From positions 1-54,299 of the IMG/VR virus record IMGVR_UViG_3300038400_000028: 54,299 bases of DNA. The stretch is one strand, 5' to 3'. This DNA is from a virus. Its lineage: Duplodnaviria > Caudoviricetes. Below are positions 35,524 through 44,693 of this stretch, piece by piece; within the stretch, counting starts at the first letter, position 1, and every line of letters starts with the position of its first letter. The notes below the pieces were generated by a model. That model worked only from the letters and a program-made list of their open reading frames with translations, had not been told where the DNA came from and did not search any database. Position numbers and translations under genes: made by a program.

Positions 35524-35867
35524 TGCCAGTTGATTGGTCGCGCTATCCTGACGATTGGAGCACTATCGCGCTCCGTATAAAAGAGGCCGCTGGTTGGCGC
35601 TGTCAGGACTGCGGGATGCAGTGCCGGCGACCAGGCGAAGCGTTCGACTCGCACCGCCGTACTATGAGCGTGCATCATCTCGGCGCGCCAAAGGACGACG
35701 GCAGCGCTGGTGATCCACACGACAAGATGGATGTACGGCCGTGTAACTTACTGGCGCTGTGTTCTGCATGTCACCTGCGGCGCGATTTGCCGCTGCACAT
35801 CCTGCACGCTGCCGAGACCCGCCGGGCGAAGCGTCGCGCGGCTGGGCAGCTGGAGATTGAGCTATGA
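35523..35867 (+). CDS. HNH-family nuclease
   Basis: YPDDW..IA..AGWRCQDCG...VHH...NLLALCSACH. Confidence 0.8.
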   Translation: MPVDWSRYPDDWSTIALRIKEAAGWRCQDCGMQCRRPGEAFDSHRRTMSVHHLGAPKDDGSAGDPHDKMDVRPCNLLALCSACHLRRDLPLHILHAAETRRAKRRAAGQLEIEL

Positions 35868-36049
35868 CCATCGTCAAGCCCTGCCCCGAGTGCGGTGCTA
35901 CCCTCGTCGAGCGTGTGAACCGCGCGACCAACGAGCCGTTCCTGGGGTGCAGCCGCTGGCCGGAGTGCAAACACACCGAGCCGCTGCCGGAGAGCGTGAA
36001 ACTGCGGCGCGCTGGACAGCAGGAGCTATTCGGAGAGGAAACGAAGTGA
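35864..36049 (+). CDS. Topoisomerase-type C4 zinc-finger protein
   Basis: CPECGATLVER...FLGCSRWPECKHT. Confidence 0.85.
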   Translation: MTIVKPCPECGATLVERVNRATNEPFLGCSRWPECKHTEPLPESVKLRRAGQQELFGEETK

Positions 36050-36573
36050 AACTCGGAACCAAGAGCCTGCTCTTCGGGGCGCATCAGTTCATTCTACATC
36101 CGCTCTTCTTGGCCTGGGCCTGGTGGAAGCTCTACGCCCCGCCGCTCAATCCGCGCCTGTGGGTCGCTTTCATCGTGCATGACTGGGGCTACTGGGGCAA
36201 GGCCAATATGGACGGCGACGAGGGCCAGCGCCATCCCGAGCTGGGCGGGCGCATTATGGCGCGGCTGTTTGGCCAGGCGTGGGGCGATTTCACACGGCTG
36301 CACAGCCGCCACTACGCCGCGCTGGAGGGCCGCGAGCCGTCGCCGCTCTGTGCGGCCGACAAGCTCGTGCTGATCGTGACGCCGCGTTGGCTGTATCTCC
36401 CGATGGTCCGCGCGACCGGCGAGGCGGCCGAGTATCAGGCGCTGTACGCGCGCTGGCTGGGCGTCGAGAAGGTGACGGTCGAGGAGTGGTACGACGGCCT
36501 CAGATCGCATTGGATGGAGGAGGTCTATCGGCTAGCGCCAGCGGCGGCGCGACGATTGGAGCAACCGCAATGA
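36046..36573 (+). CDS. HD-like hypothetical protein
   Basis: VHDWG...RHPELG...LHSR...AADKL. Confidence 0.6.
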   Translation: MKLGTKSLLFGAHQFILHPLFLAWAWWKLYAPPLNPRLWVAFIVHDWGYWGKANMDGDEGQRHPELGGRIMARLFGQAWGDFTRLHSRHYAALEGREPSPLCAADKLVLIVTPRWLYLPMVRATGEAAEYQALYARWLGVEKVTVEEWYDGLRSHWMEEVYRLAPAAARRLEQPQ

Positions 36574-37112
36574 CACACCCCGCCCTCATCCTCGGCCTCG
36601 ACTATTCCAGCGCGGCAATCGGCTGGTGTGTGCGCAACAGCCACGTCGTCGATCGCGGCGTTATCCGGCTCGACAAGAAAGCCGACATCAGCGAGCGTTG
36701 CTGGTCAGCGCAGCGCGCGGTCGAGGATCTGCTGATGCGCCACGCGGTCGATGCCGTGGCGCTAGAAAGCCCGGTCGCACGGTTCGCGAAGGCGGTCATC
36801 CCCCAGGCACGCATCAGCGGCGTGGTGCTCGCCACGCTGGCCCAGCATAGTCGCGCCTGGTGCGAAGTCACCCCCACAGCCGCCAAGCTGGCGCTCGCCG
36901 AGGATGGCGCGGCGACCAAGCGCGAGATGCTCGAAGCAGCGGCTGCGCACTTCGGGTATGACTCGGCGACGCTGGTGTATCGCTCGCGGCGCGACGAGTG
37001 GGCCGCGTGGCTCGACGGCTGTGGGGCGTGTGAATACAGCGAGCACGAGGCCGATGCGCTGGGGGTGGCGTTGGCGGCCGCGGGCAAGGTGGAGGTGTGC
37101 AATGTTGTCTGA
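36570..37112 (+). CDS. RuvC-like Holliday junction resolvase
   Basis: ILGLD, VALESP, AKLA...ATKREM, HEADAL. Confidence 0.85.
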   Translation: MTHPALILGLDYSSAAIGWCVRNSHVVDRGVIRLDKKADISERCWSAQRAVEDLLMRHAVDAVALESPVARFAKAVIPQARISGVVLATLAQHSRAWCEVTPTAAKLALAEDGAATKREMLEAAAAHFGYDSATLVYRSRRDEWAAWLDGCGACEYSEHEADALGVALAAAGKVEVCNVV

Positions 37113-37959
37113 TGTTGATGTGCTCGATCTCGGGAGCGATCTGCGGCTGCGTTATCGCTATTTCATGCGTGAGTCGCTCCAGCATCCTGCCAAGCTGCAT
37201 CTGGGGCTGCTGGCCTGGCTGATCGAGCGCTACACGCGACCGGGTGAGACCATCGCCGACCCGATGGGGGGCATCGGCTCGACTGCCTACGCGGCCCTTC
37301 TGCAGCGCAACGTCATCTTGCGCGAGATCGAGCCGAAGTGGCTCAATCTGGCGTGCAAGAATGCCGCTTGTATCACCCGCGCGGCCGGGCTGTTCGCCGG
37401 CACCATCAACCTGGGCCAGGCCGATGCCCGTGAGCCGTGGGGATATATGGCCGATCATATCCTCTTCAGCCCGCCCTACGGGTGCGATGCACAGCACAAA
37501 GCCGGCACACGCACGCGCAACCTGGCCGATCGGCTGAGTAAGTTCGACTCTCGCCAGGTGCGCTATTCGCAGCGCTGGTCATCCCTGGCCAAGCGCGCCA
37601 CAACGCAGCAAGGCGCCGCCGCCCTCTTTAACTTCGCCTACGGCGACCACGTGGCCCAGCTCGGGCATCTGCGTGGCGAGCGCTACTGGCAGGCGATGGA
37701 ACAGGTCTACACCCAGGCCCGCTCCGCGCTCCATCCCGGCGGCCTGTTGATCCTCATCATCAAAGATCACATCAGGGACGGGATGCGCGTTCAGACCGCC
37801 GAGCAGACTGTGATGCTGTGTGAGCGGCTCGGCTTCACCCTGGCTGCCAGGCACGCGCGACGGGTGTGTCCACTCAGCCTCTGGCAGCGGCGGCGCAAGG
37901 AGCGCGGCGAGCCGGTTGTGGAAGAGGAAGATGTGCTAGTGTTTCGAGGTGAAGCATGA
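37102..37959 (+). CDS. Amino (N4C/N6A) DNA methyltransferase
   Basis: HPAK, ADPMGGIGST, FSPPY. Confidence 0.85.
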   Translation: MLSDVDVLDLGSDLRLRYRYFMRESLQHPAKLHLGLLAWLIERYTRPGETIADPMGGIGSTAYAALLQRNVILREIEPKWLNLACKNAACITRAAGLFAGTINLGQADAREPWGYMADHILFSPPYGCDAQHKAGTRTRNLADRLSKFDSRQVRYSQRWSSLAKRATTQQGAAALFNFAYGDHVAQLGHLRGERYWQAMEQVYTQARSALHPGGLLILIIKDHIRDGMRVQTAEQTVMLCERLGFTLAARHARRVCPLSLWQRRRKERGEPVVEEEDVLVFRGEA

Positions 37960-38822
37960 CCGATTCACGCCTGACGGCCTATCTGAAAACAGCGCGCGAG
38001 CGACAGCATGCCTTTTATGCGCGCCAGGCGTTCCGCTTCGCCGCCCAGGCCGGCGACACGGCGGCGATGGAAGAGGCGATGGCACTCGGCGCGGTCGACT
38101 ACCAGCCGGAGCCAAACGTGTACAGCAGATATATACCCGGCGAGGAAAAGATGCTTGACCAGATCATCACCGGCGACGCGCGCGAGCTCGCGAAAGATAT
38201 CCCCGATTCGTCGGTGGATATGATTTTCACTGACCCGGTGTACGAAAATGTGGAGGATTACGCATGGCTGGCTGAGACTGCTGCGCGTGTCCTGAAACCG
38301 GAGAAAGCCTGCTTGGTTTGGTGTAGCAGCGTGAAACAGTACGAAGTACAGCCGCTCATGCGAAAGCACCTTACCTTTGTCCTACAGCTGACGTACACGA
38401 AGGTCGCGAAAGCCTACAAGGTGTGGGGCTATAAAACCTTCCTCTGGACCACGCCATGCCTGTGGTTTCAGAAGGACGGTGATCACTTCCACGCGGACCA
38501 CGAGTGGCTGATCGATAGTGTGCTGGACTATGGCAATGCGATCACCAGCACGGCGACGCCGCCCGCAAAAACCCATAAGTGGCACAAGAACCCGGAGGCA
38601 TATAGCTACTGGCTACAGCGCTTTACGAGACCCGGGGATGTGGTGTGGGACCCGTTCACCGGCAGCGGGTCGCTGCCACTCGTTTGCTTAGAGCACGGCC
38701 GGCACTTCATCGCCTCCGAGATCGTGCCGGAGATCGCTGATCAGGCCCGCGCCCGCATCGCGCAGGTGCAGAGCCAGACGCGGATGCCGCTGATCGAACA
38801 ATACGCAATGGAGCTGACATGA
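37956..38822 (+). CDS. Beta-class amino DNA methyltransferase (alternative start 38151)
   Basis: SVDMIFTDPVY...HKWHKNP...VWDPFTGSGS. Confidence 0.88.
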   Translation: MTDSRLTAYLKTARERQHAFYARQAFRFAAQAGDTAAMEEAMALGAVDYQPEPNVYSRYIPGEEKMLDQIITGDARELAKDIPDSSVDMIFTDPVYENVEDYAWLAETAARVLKPEKACLVWCSSVKQYEVQPLMRKHLTFVLQLTYTKVAKAYKVWGYKTFLWTTPCLWFQKDGDHFHADHEWLIDSVLDYGNAITSTATPPAKTHKWHKNPEAYSYWLQRFTRPGDVVWDPFTGSGSLPLVCLEHGRHFIASEIVPEIADQARARIAQVQSQTRMPLIEQYAMELT

Positions 38823-38898
38823 TCGCCACAACGTCCATCATCACATCCCTGCTAGGCGCCCATGCCCCGGTGGCGATCGGCGTTTCGGGGATGGTGCT

Positions 38899-40149
38899 GT
38901 GAAAACATTTCGCACCCTCTTCTCTGGCGGCGAGTTGTTTGGTGCGGGCGCTCGCGCGGCTGGCTGGCAGCACCTCGACGGCTATGAGATCGATGAGCGT
39001 ATCGCCGCCGTGGCGCGCCTGAACGGTTTCGACGTGCGAACGATTGATGTATGCCAGGTCGATTACGACAGTCTGCCGCCAGCCGACCACTTGCACGCCT
39101 CGCCCAGCTGCAAGCACGCCAGCCAGGCCAATACACAGGCTGGTGAGACCGACGAGGACCGGACGGCGGCCGACGCCGTGTGCCGGGCTGTTCGAGCGCA
39201 CCAGGGCGCGACGGTGTCGCTCGAAAACGTTTGGGGCTACCGCACCTTCGAGTCGTTTCGGCGCATCCTGGCTACGTTGAAGGCGTGTGGTTTCGTCGTC
39301 GACTTTCGCCACATCAACGCAGCTGATTACGGCGTCCCGCAGACCCGCAAGCGTCTGATCCTGCGCGCTGTCCGAGGCTCGGGCCGCGTGCCGCCGCTGC
39401 ACCCGACGCACCGCAAAGGCGGCGATATGTTCCATGCGCCCTGGATCGGGTGGTACGCGGCAATTGCCGACCTCATCCCGACGCTGCCAGCGACGGAGCT
39501 GGCCCCCTGGCAGCTGGCGCGGCTGCCCGCGGAACTGCGCGAGACGATGTTGTTGAGCGGCGCAATGGCGAACGGCGCCGATGTTGTTACTAGATCGGTC
39601 GATGAACCCGCTGTGACGGTTGTGGCGGCAGAAATAACTAAAATGCCCGTGCGCGCGTACCTCATCGGTTCGGGCGGCTATAACGGGCTCGTCACGCAGC
39701 GGCTGCGTGACGAGCCCTGCTTCACCGTGACATCCACGCATGAGTCCCAGGTGATACGTGCGCTCCTTGTCCAAAGCAAGAACACAAGCCAGGAGTGGGG
39801 TGATGGCTATTGGGTAGACGAGCAGCCGGCGCCGACCGTCGTAAGCGATCACAAACCCAGCCACATGCCGCGCGCCTACCTGCTCGATGGCGACAACGCG
39901 CGTGCCGATACGGGCGAGCAGCTCGCCCGTATCGGCACAGAGCCAGCCATGACGCTCCGCGGCTCGCGCACGACCGCCCAGCGCGCTTACGTCGGTCGCT
40001 GGGTCAGGCTTACGGTGCGGGCCCTCGGCCGTTTCCAGACCGTGCCGGATAGCTACGTCAGCCTGACCGCCGAGATCAATGGGAACGCTGTTCCTCCGCT
40101 TCTTGCTCAACGGATAATGGAATCTTTGTTACCCGCGTACGAACGTTAG
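38899..40149 (+). CDS. C5 cytosine DNA methyltransferase
   Basis: LFSGG, HASPSC, LENV, YGVPQTRKR, RFQTVPD, GNAVPP. Confidence 0.9.
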   Translation: MKTFRTLFSGGELFGAGARAAGWQHLDGYEIDERIAAVARLNGFDVRTIDVCQVDYDSLPPADHLHASPSCKHASQANTQAGETDEDRTAADAVCRAVRAHQGATVSLENVWGYRTFESFRRILATLKACGFVVDFRHINAADYGVPQTRKRLILRAVRGSGRVPPLHPTHRKGGDMFHAPWIGWYAAIADLIPTLPATELAPWQLARLPAELRETMLLSGAMANGADVVTRSVDEPAVTVVAAEITKMPVRAYLIGSGGYNGLVTQRLRDEPCFTVTSTHESQVIRALLVQSKNTSQEWGDGYWVDEQPAPTVVSDHKPSHMPRAYLLDGDNARADTGEQLARIGTEPAMTLRGSRTTAQRAYVGRWVRLTVRALGRFQTVPDSYVSLTAEINGNAVPPLLAQRIMESLLPAYER

Positions 40150-40705
40150 GGGTGGTACCGGCATGTTTATTGACAGTGCGCTCCATATAGGAGGACATTT
40201 TTCTTTTGATATGGTTGCGGGGTCTTTTCCCCTCGTAGTATGTTCCTGCGCAGATCATGTTGATACTCGACGGACTAAGCCCGAAGGTTATGGCAATCTC
40301 TCTTGTTGGCGCACCCTGTCTTTTCATTTCGCGAATTTGCTGGTTGCGCTCAGTCATGGCGTTCCGAATTGCATAAGCCATTTCAATGCGTTGAATAGCC
40401 TCTTTTGCTTTTTCCTGCTTGATAACAAGGAATGGCAGCAGTTTTATCAGGACAGTATAAACATCATCGTAATTGCGAACACGCCAGACGTATTTCGTTT
40501 TCCATTCAGCTTTCATATAGGTAATTTCCTCCACACAACCAAGCTGGAGTTTATCGTGAATACCCATAATAACCGCACGGTTTGTGTTTGCAATGGTAAG
40601 GTCAACCGAGTGTTGTTGTTTGATCTTCAGATAGATACAGCCCTCTCCGTCCATAAAGCCAGCCAGCCAAGTGATGAATTGGTCGTCAGTCCATGTATCA
40701 AACAT
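40076..40705 (-). CDS. Free-standing LAGLIDADG homing endonuclease plus HTH
   Basis: WLAGFMDGEGCI, LLPFLVIKQE; AGGAG RBS; low GC; antisense to the operon. Confidence 0.9.
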   Translation of the reverse strand: MFDTWTDDQFITWLAGFMDGEGCIYLKIKQQHSVDLTIANTNRAVIMGIHDKLQLGCVEEITYMKAEWKTKYVWRVRNYDDVYTVLIKLLPFLVIKQEKAKEAIQRIEMAYAIRNAMTERNQQIREMKRQGAPTREIAITFGLSPSSINMICAGTYYEGKRPRNHIKRKMSSYMERTVNKHAGTTPNVRTRVTKIPLSVEQEAEEQRSH

Positions 40706-40780
40706 GATGTGCTCCTGTGTGTGCAAAGAAGTAAGTTGTTGTCGGTACCGTTAATTATAGCATGTTTCGCACATTTGTTC
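40081..40780. mobile_element. LAGLIDADG element supplying a replacement MTase 3' end
   Basis: NAVPPLLAQRIMESL before and NGVSCLLAQRIMESLR* after the AT-rich insert. Confidence 0.8.
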
Positions 40781-40782
40781 AA
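40754..40782 (-). promoter_or_regulatory. LAGLIDADG gene promoter
   Basis: TTGAAC-17 nt-TATAAT with extended TG. Confidence 0.7.
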
Positions 40783-40831
40783 CGGCGTAAGTTGCCTGCT
40801 CGCCCAGCGGATTATGGAGAGTCTACGATGA
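40781..40831 (+). pseudogene. Displaced original 3' end of the C5 MTase
   Basis: NGVSCLLAQRIMESLR*; its stop overlaps (ATGA) the next gene. Confidence 0.8.
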
Positions 40832-41130
40832 CCCAACCCGACACCGACTCCATCCGCCGCATGCTCGACGACGGCACGCCGATCCCGCCGTGGATCGTGC
40901 GCGGGCTGTGCGACAGAGTAGAGCAGTGCGAAAACGTGATGTCACAGGTAGCTCGCCTGACCCAGGAGGTGCAAACGGATCTGCGTCAGTTTGAAACCGC
41001 GATACGGCCAGAGCTAGGCGCGCTTTTGTGCCTGCTCGCTGCCGCACGCGCCTGGGACGATGCGGTGGAGCGCTGTGACGGCATCGTGGCGGCTGAGGAG
41101 CGACTGCGAGAGGCACTGAGGGGGCTATGA
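40828..41130 (+). CDS. Hypothetical protein
   Basis: ATGA coupling. Confidence 0.6.
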   Translation: MTQPDTDSIRRMLDDGTPIPPWIVRGLCDRVEQCENVMSQVARLTQEVQTDLRQFETAIRPELGALLCLLAAARAWDDAVERCDGIVAAEERLREALRGL

Positions 41131-41834
41131 CGATTGCACTCCGACTCGCCGACCGCGCCGGCGCCGAATGGGCACAGCGCCAGGTCGCGGCGCATCACTA
41201 CCTACATGCGCCGGTTGACCCGCGTAGCCGGCCGCTCGTCTACATCGTACAACTCATCGCACCGAAAGTTGATCGACCGATCGGCTGCCTAATTTTCGGC
41301 AGGCCGGAGGCCACACGCTGCTACGATGGCGCGCTGACCTACGGTTCATCGGCTGATATTCAGGACGGTCGTGCTCGGTTTGACCGCTGGGAGGTGCTGA
41401 ACCTGGCGCGCGTCTGGTTTGATCCTTGTGTGCAGCAGCCGGGCTATCTCTATCACAATCCCGCCTATCTACCGGGCTTCTATGATCGGCACTACACTTT
41501 TCGCTCCACACTGGCCAGCGCGGTCATTGCCCAAGCGCTCTCTCGTGTGGGCCACGACTATTTGACCGCGCATCCGCCGGTCGATTGTGCCTATCCGTAC
41601 CAGATCAAGGCCGTGCTGAGTTACTGCGATCGGCGGCAACATAAAGGCACCATTTACCGTGCTGCTGGCTTTGAGTTGGCGCGCACGAACGAGCGCCAGA
41701 TCGAAACGTGGTACACGATCGCCGTGGCGCCGCTGTCGCCCGAGCAGGATGCCGATATCCGCCACCTATCCGAGACTTCGCAACGTTCGCAGCGCATTCG
41801 CGGCCGGCGAACGCAATTGGAGCTAGGGCTATGA
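41127..41834 (+). CDS. Mom-like DNA modification protein
   Basis: HHYLH, IFGRP, NLARVW, VLSYCD..HKGTIYRAAGF. Confidence 0.75.
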   Translation: MTIALRLADRAGAEWAQRQVAAHHYLHAPVDPRSRPLVYIVQLIAPKVDRPIGCLIFGRPEATRCYDGALTYGSSADIQDGRARFDRWEVLNLARVWFDPCVQQPGYLYHNPAYLPGFYDRHYTFRSTLASAVIAQALSRVGHDYLTAHPPVDCAYPYQIKAVLSYCDRRQHKGTIYRAAGFELARTNERQIETWYTIAVAPLSPEQDADIRHLSETSQRSQRIRGRRTQLELGL

Positions 41835-42094
41835 GCCGCACGCCGCCGACCAGCCAGACGACGATGAGCCGTGTGAAGCAGCTCGCCTGCCTGAAGCGCC
41901 AGATCGATCTCGCCGAACTGCAACGCACGGTCTATGTGCGACGCGCGACGAGTGAGACCGAACCCGAGAGCGCCTTTGAGTGGTCGCTGCGGGTCGGGGT
42001 GGCCGATGCTGATCTGCTCCGGCTGCGCACCGAGTGGCTCGCAATCAAGCTGGCGCTGTGTGCCTGGCAAGCGCGGCGGAAGAAGAAGGTATAA
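41831..42094 (+). CDS. Hypothetical protein
   Basis: ATGA coupling. Confidence 0.55.
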   Translation: MSRTPPTSQTTMSRVKQLACLKRQIDLAELQRTVYVRRATSETEPESAFEWSLRVGVADADLLRLRTEWLAIKLALCAWQARRKKKV

Positions 42095-42096
42095 TC

Positions 42097-42447
42097 ATGG
42101 CCGAGCGCGGCGTGACCCTCAAGCGAGCAGGCGAGATCCTCGGCGGCGACCGGCCGCTGTCGAAGCGCACCATCTCGGCCATGGTCACGCGCGGCGACCT
42201 GGAAGCCTATGGCGAGCGCAAGACGCGGCGCGTCACCGAGCGCAGCATCGAACTGTACCAAAGGGGCACCCCATGGCGCGACGCAAGAAACCAGAGCGCC
42301 AGCGGCGCAAGCGCGGAACCGGATACGCCGGCCAGGCGAAGAACGGGACATGGACCGCGTTCTTCCCCAAGACTCCAAAGGGATGGCACACCCGAAGAGG
42401 ATTTTGCACCCGCGAGGCTGCCGAAGCTTGGTGTGATTCGCTCGTAG
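42097..42447 (+). CDS. Excisionase-like winged HTH
   Basis: TLKRAGEILG..SKRTISAMVTRGDLEA..RRVTERSI; directly before int. Confidence 0.75.
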   Translation: MAERGVTLKRAGEILGGDRPLSKRTISAMVTRGDLEAYGERKTRRVTERSIELYQRGTPWRDARNQSASGASAEPDTPARRRTGHGPRSSPRLQRDGTPEEDFAPARLPKLGVIRS

Positions 42448-43448
42448 CACGCCAGCATGCGCGAGAGGATATTTCGCACGGACAGCAACGAGTTAGCGAG
42501 CAGATCGACCGCTGGATCGAGCGCTCGTCCAGAGAACGCGAATGGAAAGCGAAAACCCTGGCCGATGTGAACTACAAGCTCGGCTATGTCAAGCCCTACA
42601 TCGGCAGCATGGCACTTGCTGATGTTCTGCCCGACGATATCGATAGAATGATGGACGATCTCGAGCGAGCACTCGCCGAGACGACCACACGCCAGATCCG
42701 CAACTACCTCTATCAGGTTTTTGAGTCAGCTGTAAAACGACGCTACATCACGTTCAACCCGGTCATCAAACCAGAGCGTCGCAAGCGAGCGCGGCAGAAG
42801 GAGCCGCAACGCCTGAGCGCGCCACAGACGGCGCTGCTACTGCGCGCGGCGGGATCGTCGTTTTACGCGGTGGCCTGGTGGCTGATCGTCTGCTGTGGTC
42901 TCAGAGCAGGGGAGATCTGCGGGCTACGGCGCTTGGATATCGACCTGGATGCAGCTGTGCTTCTGGTCGCCCAGGAGTACACCGACGTGCGCGGCACGGC
43001 GACGCAGGATCTGCCCAAAGGCGACAAGGTGCTGCCGGTGCCCTTCCCTCGCGCGCTCATCCCGCTGATCCGTGGGCAGTTCGCCGCGCTCACCCGTCGA
43101 GCCGCCCACGGCACCAAATACGGTTACTGGCAGGAGCATCAGCTGGTCTTCCCAGGCCGCGGTGGACGGCCGATGAATCCCACGAGCCTGCGCCATGCAT
43201 TGAAGGCACTGACCGACGCCTGCAAGCTGCCGCCCATCACGACCCACATGCTGCGCCACACCTGCGGCGGGCTGCTGATCGCAGCGGGCGCGCCCGAAAA
43301 CATCATCGGCGGGATACTCCGGCACGGGCCACGCACGATCACTGGCCACTACGCGCCGCCCTCGGTCGAGGTCATGCGGCCGTGGGTAGAGCGAGTATAC
43401 CAGGCGTTGGCCGGCGAGCTCGAGGAGCAAGCAAGGAAAGAGGCTTGA
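42273..43448 (+). CDS. int: Tyrosine integrase
   Basis: Arm-binding N-terminus RRKRGTG; GLRAGE, HMLRH, LRH...ITGHY. Confidence 0.93.
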   Translation: MARRKKPERQRRKRGTGYAGQAKNGTWTAFFPKTPKGWHTRRGFCTREAAEAWCDSLVARQHAREDISHGQQRVSEQIDRWIERSSREREWKAKTLADVNYKLGYVKPYIGSMALADVLPDDIDRMMDDLERALAETTTRQIRNYLYQVFESAVKRRYITFNPVIKPERRKRARQKEPQRLSAPQTALLLRAAGSSFYAVAWWLIVCCGLRAGEICGLRRLDIDLDAAVLLVAQEYTDVRGTATQDLPKGDKVLPVPFPRALIPLIRGQFAALTRRAAHGTKYGYWQEHQLVFPGRGGRPMNPTSLRHALKALTDACKLPPITTHMLRHTCGGLLIAAGAPENIIGGILRHGPRTITGHYAPPSVEVMRPWVERVYQALAGELEEQARKEA

Positions 43449-43493
43449 CAACGGGTGTATACTATGCCTAAGCGGATAAGCGGTTGAGGTGAT

Positions 43494-43709
43494 ATGCTGA
43501 CAGATCGAGATGTTATCAAGCGACTTCAATCGGCCGTTCAGGCCGCCGGCTCACAGAGGGCATTTGCAGCCGCACACGGGGTTTCTGAGCAGTACCTTAG
43601 CGATGTTTTGCGTGGCCGGCGGGAGATAGGTCAGAAGATCCTTGATACGCTTGGGCTTGAGCGTGTTGTCAGCTACCGCGAGGCCGATCGGTTAAAAAAG
43701 GACCAGTAA
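43494..43709 (+). CDS. Small HTH protein
   Basis: GSQRAFAAAHGVSEQYLSDVLRGRRE. Confidence 0.8.
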   Translation: MLTDRDVIKRLQSAVQAAGSQRAFAAAHGVSEQYLSDVLRGRREIGQKILDTLGLERVVSYREADRLKKDQ

Positions 43710-43713
43710 AAAG

Positions 43714-43884
43714 ATGCGTTGGTTACGCCGGTTATTATGTGGTCACTACTGGGTAGAGCGCGAGCTTGCCTATAGCGATTTCGAGATCAGCAAGAAGTAT
43801 GATGGATTTAATATCTGGATATGTACACGATGTGGTAAGCGCATCTTTCGGCGGTCATTCGATCCGCCTATTTCTAGTGTGTAG
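43714..43884 (+). CDS. Small Cys/His protein MRWLRRLLCGH...CTRCGK
   Basis: Common phage small-protein pattern; below ORF cutoff. Confidence 0.55.
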   Translation: MRWLRRLLCGHYWVERELAYSDFEISKKYDGFNIWICTRCGKRIFRRSFDPPISSV

Positions 43885-44012
43885 TGATCAGCAAAGTGAT
43901 CAGTAACGATCGGCTGCGATCGGTCAAAACGCGCAGTTATCTGCGTGACAAAAGAGGCAGTTTAGCGCATCGAGACGGGATAGGACGCGAAATAGCACGG
44001 TGAATCCTGCTA

Positions 44013-44055
44013 TTTTGTAAACAGCAGGTTGTCGGTTCGAGTCCGACCACCGGCT
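44013..44055 (+). other. attP core: 3' half of tRNA-Thr(TGT)
   Basis: TTTGTAA anticodon loop, GTCGG-TTCGAGT-CCGAC T-arm, acceptor 3' strand; no D-arm or 5' half. Confidence 0.85.
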
Positions 44056-44066
44056 TTACCCGTCCT

Positions 44067-44107
44067 GATGCGCTAGATCACTGATTGATCTAGCGCATCT
44101 TCGTTTC
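44067..44107 (+). terminator. Hairpin replacing the tRNA terminator after integration
   Basis: GATGCGCTAGATCA/TGATCTAGCGCATC followed by TTCGTTT. Confidence 0.7.
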
Positions 44108-44130
44108 AAAAAAACAGTATTGTGATCAGT

Positions 44131-44693
44131 TCAACCCCGATTAAGAGAGGATTTTAGTTTTCGGTAGTCTTTGGGTCTAGCCTTTTTGGCGTGGCGAATC
44201 TTTTCAAGGTAGGGAGGCAAGACAAGTTGATCGTAGCGTCTGACAAGATCATCGACTATGGAGTTCGGGTAGTCGCGCGGGGATTCGTAGATTCGTTCAC
44301 CAGTCCTGATGTCAACGAGATACCCGCGAGGCCAGCCGCTTGCCTGCTCCTCGATGCTCATGTTGATGTTGACGTGAAAGTGAAGGTAGCCAAAGACGTT
44401 ACAAAGGGTGCCAGGAGGATACTTGACGATCGTTTTTGCTTCATACCAATAGGCTTCCTCTAGGCTTCCTCTTCGTCATCGGTCTCGCGAACAATGTAAA
44501 TCCAGTAGGGCTGACCTTGGGCGTAGAGGGATCGGATAACGGCGCACTTGAGTGATAGATAGTGGTTTCGAGCCTCTCCATCATGCGCATAAGGCCGATC
44601 TCCTGTTCCCTTGCCAACATAGAAAACAGATGTACCAAACCGATCCATTGACAATTCGTAGACAAAATACCTCTTCCGTGCTAAACTCGGCAT
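44131..44693 (-). pseudogene. GIY-YIG (LEM-3-like) nuclease broken by an 11-bp tandem duplication
   Basis: FVYEL..FYVGKG..R..H; TAGGCTTCCTC twice at 44450-44471; removing one copy gives EEEAYWYE..LCN and a single 183-aa ORF. Confidence 0.85.

Larger units (their letters stand above)
43884..44129. other. attP region with GTGATCAG arm-type repeats
   Basis: GTGATCAG at 43884, 43896 and 44122 flanking the core. Confidence 0.65.

Noticed and set aside
40081-40780. Group I intron or intein in the C5 MTase
   Set aside because: The endonuclease is antisense, no intron core or intein motifs are visible, and the MTase is complete without splicing
43440-43490. Promoter TTGACA...TATACT after int
   Set aside because: The two boxes are only 7 nt apart; TAAGCGG repeats noted but the architecture is unresolved
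43980-44060. Complete tRNA-Thr gene
   Set aside because: 5' acceptor strand and D-arm are absent; it is an attP core
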